A stretch of 63,117 nt of DNA, filler included, from Asterionella formosa (taxonomy: Eukaryota): assembly GCA_002256025.1 (NCBI GenBank). It is 9 parts of 9 records of this genome, joined end to end, with 100 filler letters (N's around TTAATTAATTAA, not from the genome) between each part and the next. Parts side by side here need not be neighbours in the genome. Positions count along the whole stretch, not along the records: positions 58,220 to 59,785 come from NKIB01001904.1; positions 59,886 to 61,451 come from NKIB01001905.1; positions 61,552 to 63,117 come from NKIB01001906.1; 6 more parts are not named here. One strand, 5' to 3'. A program made the position numbers and the translations under genes. Below are positions 58,222-63,117 of this stretch, one piece after another. The notes under the pieces were generated by a model, which saw only the letters and a list, made by a program, of their open reading frames with translations, had not been told where the DNA came from and did not search any database. Numbering within the stretch: position 1 is the stretch's first letter; each line of letters begins with the position of its first letter.

Positions 58222-58428
58222 GATTTTGATCCCAATGACCCATTTTCAGTTTTGGGTATTCACCAAAGTGCAACCAAGAGTGAGATTGCAGCGGCCTTTC
58301 GTCGCGAGATGCTGAAACACCACCCTGATGTTCAGACTGGAGCTACCGATGCTGCCAAGGAGCGTGCCATCGAGAGATCCAAAATCATAACTGCTGCTTA
58401 CCAACAACTCAAGAAGCAAACAAAGTAG
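58222..58428 (+). CDS. C-terminal J-domain of a DnaJ protein (5'-truncated)
   Basis: Hand translation DFDPNDPFSVLGIHQSATKSEIAAAFRREMLKHHPDVQTG...SKIITAAYQQLKKQTK*. Confidence 0.9.
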   Translation, partial: DFDPNDPFSVLGIHQSATKSEIAAAFRREMLKHHPDVQTGATDAAKERAIERSKIITAAYQQLKKQTK

Positions 58429-59032
58429 CGTGATTGGATTTCAATTATCATTTTGTCATGTTGCTATTGATAATAATGACTTTTGATGATATTGAGCTCT
58501 TTCTTGATTTATTCAGTGCTGCAAGGTTACTTGGGTCTATTATGTTCATTTGTGCTCAGAGTTGCTATTGTTCGTGTCAAATAAGCCATGCAAGTCCAGT
58601 AGCAACAATATGAAGTCCATTTTGACTCATTGATGGAATACAGAAATAAGAACAGCTATGTCTAAGTGAAGCAAACTTCACAGAAGTTGAAAATATGAAT
58701 ATCCTCAAGAGCTGATGGTGTACAAAACTTAAAAAGAGTTGTGCATCTTGTTATGCCATGTTTTATTGTGCATGTGCAATACCAAAATATGAATGGATTT
58801 ACCATCATCAACATCATGTGCGGGTACCAGTGTAGTCGAGATAGACTGCAACTGGTGCATCTTAATTATATTCAGGTTCAATAGTAAAGTAATTGCTGGT
58901 ACCAATGTATTAACCATGTCAAGACATAAAACGTAAAGCAAAATAGATTTGATTAAGATGTATGATTCGCTCTATAGTTGCTATACTTACAGTCTTGACT
59001 AGAATGGTGCTGGTATTACCGGTTAACTATTA

Positions 59033-59381
59033 CTCCCTCTGTCTGGCAGCAGTTGTGGATATTTGCAGTAACTCAAGTTACAAGCAGTTTATTTTTAGGA
59101 TGGATTGCATTGAAACTTACCAGATATGTATACACAAAGAAGCCTACTTGATTTATCTAGAGATGTCTAAGTATAAACTCTCATTCACTAATTAAATTTT
59201 TTACATAGATCAATCTAACATTTTATGTTTGTTGGGTACTGGATGCTCAAATATTTGCAGGAAAGAGAATGAATCAGAGCAAGCCGCACAATAGGGCAAT
59301 TGAGCCGGAGAAAATCGTAGGAGTCGAAATGGCCCCGGATAAATTTGAATTATTGATGCAACTGTTACTAGATAGAGGGGG
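59033..59381. mobile_element. Stowaway-like MITE, 349 bp, same family as 4410-5214
   Basis: TA|CTCCCTCTGTCTGGCAGCAGTTG ... CAACTGTTACTAGATAGAGGGGG|TA. The last ~105 bp are the near-identical reverse complement of 4410-4515. Confidence 0.82.
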
Positions 59382-60012
59382 TACCAGGTACCCATGGTAT
59401 TACTTGTAAAAATCAACCCAGGTTGTATTTTTCTGTAGGCCTCAAGTATCGTTCTACTGCGGATGGTAAAATACCTTGACGGTATTTTTCCTTACTTGAT
59501 CACGAGAAAATACAGTATTGTACAACAAAGAAAAAATCAACCCGGTTGCATTGACGGTTGATTTTGTACTCCCTTTTTGGTTAAAAAATCAACTCTGATT
59601 AAAATATGCACATGAAGCAAGATGGTGGTACTAGGTACCAGGTACCTAGTACTCCGCTTACCGGCAAGTTGCGGTAATTTTGCTAAACGAGCAGTATCCA
59701 AACTTTAGTGCTACATACGTCATCGTGCTGGCAATAGTGATTCCAATTCCAAATTGATTCATGTGTATCTCTTTTGATTTTTCATNNNNNNNNNNNNNNN
59801 NNNNNNNNNNNNNNNNNNNNNNNNNNNNNTTAATTAATTAANNNNNNNNNNNNNNNNNNNNNNNNNNNNNNNNNNNNNNNNNNNNATTTATTTGGGTCAA
59901 ACCAAAATTTATGTGTTCTAAAACAAAATTTATTCTACTTATCTAATAATTATGTGATCAAACCAATAATTATGTGAGTTCGCAACAATATTTTTTTCCA
60001 ACTAGCCCTCAT

Positions 60013-60364
60013 TGTTGTAACAACTACCGTATTCGACCGTATTGTAGGCCTTGAACCTAGTACTGTGTTAATCGAATACAGTTGATGAAATTGATAGCAA
60101 CGAAGAAGTTGTCAAACTTAAACTTTCACTTTACTAACTGGATTGTTTCGAGATAATGGTCTCGAAACACTCTTATTACTCACACTGCATTTTAACATTT
60201 TTTCTTGACCTCTGATTGCTTTTCCTTGCGTTGTGCCTTTTACCACGTCAGCCCAGGTAACTCTTGGTAGCGGCTGTACGGTTTTAACTGTAGTACTGTA
60301 CTCTCTCGTGTCTACTATACCCTTCACGCCTGTCCTGTGGCAGTCAGCTCGAATTTTTTCAACA
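60013..60364 (-). repeat. 3' LTR (352 bp), copy of 27928-28279
   Basis: Reverse complement of the LTR in contig 3. Confidence 0.75.
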
Positions 60365-61451
60365 CGCTCCTCGGCTGTTGCCAGGGAACTGGCAGTCAGG
60401 GTATCGACGTGCGCAGCTCCTAGAAGCACATTTCGGAATGTTCTGAACAGGTTTCCTTGCAGTGGTTTCGTAAAGAAATCCCCCAACATTTCCAACGTTG
60501 GACAATGGCGAATGGTGATTCCTTCATCTACCGATCGATCCTTAATCCAGAAATAGCGGATGTTGATATGCCGAGACTTTGGCCCTGCCGAAATTCGTCC
60601 GTTCTTCTCGAGTTTAATTGCGCTCTCGTTGTCTTGTTCGAAGAAACTTTCTTGAATCTTGTATCCCTGTGCTTCAAGAAACATTTTTACCCACAGCGTG
60701 TTCGGGAGATAATCGCTGGCGCCCACAAATTCAGCCTCCGTCGAACTCTTTGTGTTCAATTTCTGCTTGGTCGACTTGCATATGATGCCTCCAGTTCCAA
60801 AAGACATCACGCCACCGGTGTGGCTCTTCATGTCAGGGTGCACGGCAAAAGCCGCATCCACCCACGACCTCATCTTGCCCATGTCGTCGGCTCCAATGGT
60901 GTATTCCACATCCATACTTCCATTTATGTATTCCAACACCCGTCGTAGCTTTTGCTGATCTTGTTTGGTGCTTTTTGACACCCTGGTGCATAGGAAACTG
61001 ACCGCCAGTAGCAAATCCGCTCTTGCCCTGATCGAAACGTAAAGCAGTTTCGCCACTACACTATGGAAAATCTCGGCTTCGTTCTGGCTCAAAAAAGGAG
61101 ACTCCTCATCCACTTCGAATAAACACTTCTGGGCTGGCGTGGCCACTTCCCGTGTGATTGCCATCCCTGACTCGCTCAATGCTTCCTTAAGATATTCCTT
61201 CATAGTAATGACAGCTGTGCCCTTGCCTGTGTAATGTATATGCATACCCAGGAAAATGTGCTCTGTTCCTCTGGTGACAGTCATTTTATCAAAGCGCTCC
61301 TCGATTTTTTCGATAATTGATGTCACGACGTCCGGGTCCACATGCGAAATCTTGTTGTCGTCTACATACCACGCAATCGTGCACTGCTTCCCGTTGATTG
61401 TGCAGTTAGCAATGCAAGAGTCGTAAGGGTTTAACACAAAACCCATCTCTT
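60118..61451 (-). CDS. Ty1/Copia reverse transcriptase-RNase H (partial pol)
   Basis: NPYDSC, AWYVDDNKISH, FLGM, VAKLLY, WVDAAFAVHPDMKSHTGG, SSTEAE, DFFTKPLQG. Near-identical to 27443-28174. Confidence 0.93.
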
Positions 61452-61551
61452 NNNNNNNNNNNNNNNNNNNNNNNNNNNNNNNNNNNNNNNNNNNNTTAAT
61501 TAATTAANNNNNNNNNNNNNNNNNNNNNNNNNNNNNNNNNNNNNNNNNNNN

Positions 61552-63115
61552 TCTGACTTCGGAATGGTCTTAGGACCAATTCCTGAAGCCAGGTTTTGAG
61601 ACCCGAGGCCTTGGCATAAGCTCTGGCCCGTCGGGCACCCGCCAAGGCACACATTGGCAACATCCGTGCCTCCTTCCACAGGCCTACTGATGGCACATCC
61701 CCTGCCCTCCTGGCTCCAATGCTAGCCCTAAGGCATCGGTTCAGAAGAACCTGCATTTTGTCCGTAAGGTGACGGTTCATACCATACAGCTCAGCCCCAA
61801 AAAGGAGGCGGGGGGCAACTACTCCTGCAACAGTCAGCAAACGCATGGCCATTGGGACCACCGGGCACCGTAGAAACGGTACCAAGGTGGCAACTGTGGC
61901 CCGCCCTTGCTTGACTCTATGGTCCACCATAGACGAGATAGACAGACCTGGTGTCATGAGGACACCCAGATACATATATCTGTCCACAACAGGGAGTGGA
62001 AGTCCCTCCAGTTCCAGTCCGGCCACATCTTGTCCAGGGACAAGCGGTTCAGTGGCCGGGTCTGGGTCTGGCGGTAGGAATTCCATCAGCCCACACTTCC
62101 CTATGCCCACACTCATCTCGTTAGCTGTAACCCAGTTGGTAACGTGCATACAGAACCGTTTGGCCGCCTCCAGGGAGGGGCAGATTCCGGCCGCATCATC
62201 AGCAAAGAGGGTACATCCCACTGTCAGTGTGGAGTTCCGCCATGTGCGACTGTCCCCAGTTGGTACCAGGGCACCGCTCTCCTCCGTCCCCACTGCCAAG
62301 TCATCAATGAAGATGTTGAACAGTATAGGCGAAAGAGGGCAACCCTGCCGCACACCTCGCAACAGTCTGCAGGGGTCCGAGTACAGGGCAGTCAAGCCAC
62401 CCCCCACTCGTACCCTGATTGTACTGCTGCGATAAAGGGCACGTAGAAAAGCAAGGCAACGTCCCCTGATCCCAAACCTGGATAGTTTCGCAAAGAGCGC
62501 CTCGTGGGGCACCGTATCATATGCCTTCTTGAGGTCTACGAATACCACGTAGGTCGGCTCTCCCACTATCCTCCGGCGTTGTATGATTTCCATGACACAG
62601 GCTACCTGGGTTACACATTCCTCTCTCTGGCGAAAGCCAGCCTGGGCTCGGCTAAACAGCCCTCGAGATTCCGCTTCCACATTTATCCTGGTACCAAGGA
62701 TCACACACACCACCTTGAGGACAGTGGCCATGAGCGAAATCCCCCGATAGTTGTTCATATCAGCCAAGTCCCCTTTCTTAGGTATTGAGACGACCAGTGA
62801 CTCAGCCCACGACTGGGCCACCAGTCCCCTCTCATACGCAAAGTTGAGTAGGGTTCCTAGTGAGTCCGTCATTGGAGCGGATGGTGGCGGGGCGGGCTCC
62901 TCTTCCCGATAGTTTTGAAGGTGGGAAAGTAGGGCCCGTTCCTCCGCCAAACATGCCTGTAGCAGTTCAGTGGGTATCCCGTCACCGCCCGGAGCACGAT
63001 GGCTCTTCATCTTCCTCAGGGCAGTCCAAATATCGGAGGTTGTGAAGGGTTCGTCCAGCGAACGGATCCCCTCATTTGCCTGTGGGTGCGGGTCAAATTT
63101 CTCCCAATATTGGGC
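61552..63115 (-). mobile_element. Non-LTR retrotransposon (LINE) reverse transcriptase, uninterrupted fragment
   Basis: RAPGGDGIP, IPKKGD, NYRGISL, QAGFR, FVDLKKAYDTVPH, GVRQGCPLSPILFNIF, LFADD, YMYLGV. The frame is open across the whole contig. Confidence 0.93.
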
Positions 63116-63117
63116 CT

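Noticed and set aside
59408..59600. Three AAAAATCAAC motifs with partial inverted copies
   Set aside because: Could be a small TE relic, but no TIR or TSD could be defined.
25675..61551. Recurring TTAATTAATTAA between N runs, and apparent gene neighbourhoods across them
   Set aside because: Artificial linkers. Contig lengths of 25674, 1568, 1568, 25667, 1575, 1567, 1566, 1566 and 1566 bp show unrelated contigs concatenated, so no synteny can be inferred across them.

Overview
Eukaryotic nuclear DNA, most likely from a diatom. This is inferred from CoDi-like Copia elements, an ASAF-like plastid targeting site, a PGRL1-like fragment and compact intron-poor genes. The window is not one continuous locus. 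It is nine contigs joined by identical artificial 100-bp linkers (N44-TTAATTAATTAA-N44): two of about 25.7 kb (1-25674 and 29111-54777) and seven of about 1.57 kb, so adjacency across linkers means nothing biologically. Host genes: a J-domain protein, an adenylate kinase interrupted by an in-frame TAG, tRNA-Gln(UUG), bifunctional HPPK-DHPS, a TTC38-like protein, a single-ORF UvrB-UvrC fusion with a probable plastid-targeting leader, a urea transporter with a mitochondrial-type presequence, a caspase-fold protease with Tudor-like repeats, a 1.8-kaa TPR protein, a secreted three-repeat protein, a GFA/CENP-V-like protein and a secreted 2OG-Fe(II) oxygenase-TPR protein. The rest is a dense transposon landscape: PIF/Harbinger, an intron-containing DDE transposase pseudogene, Plavaka-like, Copia, LINE fragments, a Stowaway-like MITE family and a tRNA-derived SINE with target-site duplications. 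Best candidates for undescribed biology: the UvrB-UvrC fusion lacking both UVR docking domains (a possible one-protein organellar excinuclease), the tRNA-derived SINE family, and pervasive intergenic TAC-n-GTA/GGTACC palindrome arrays that may be accumulated transposon excision footprints.
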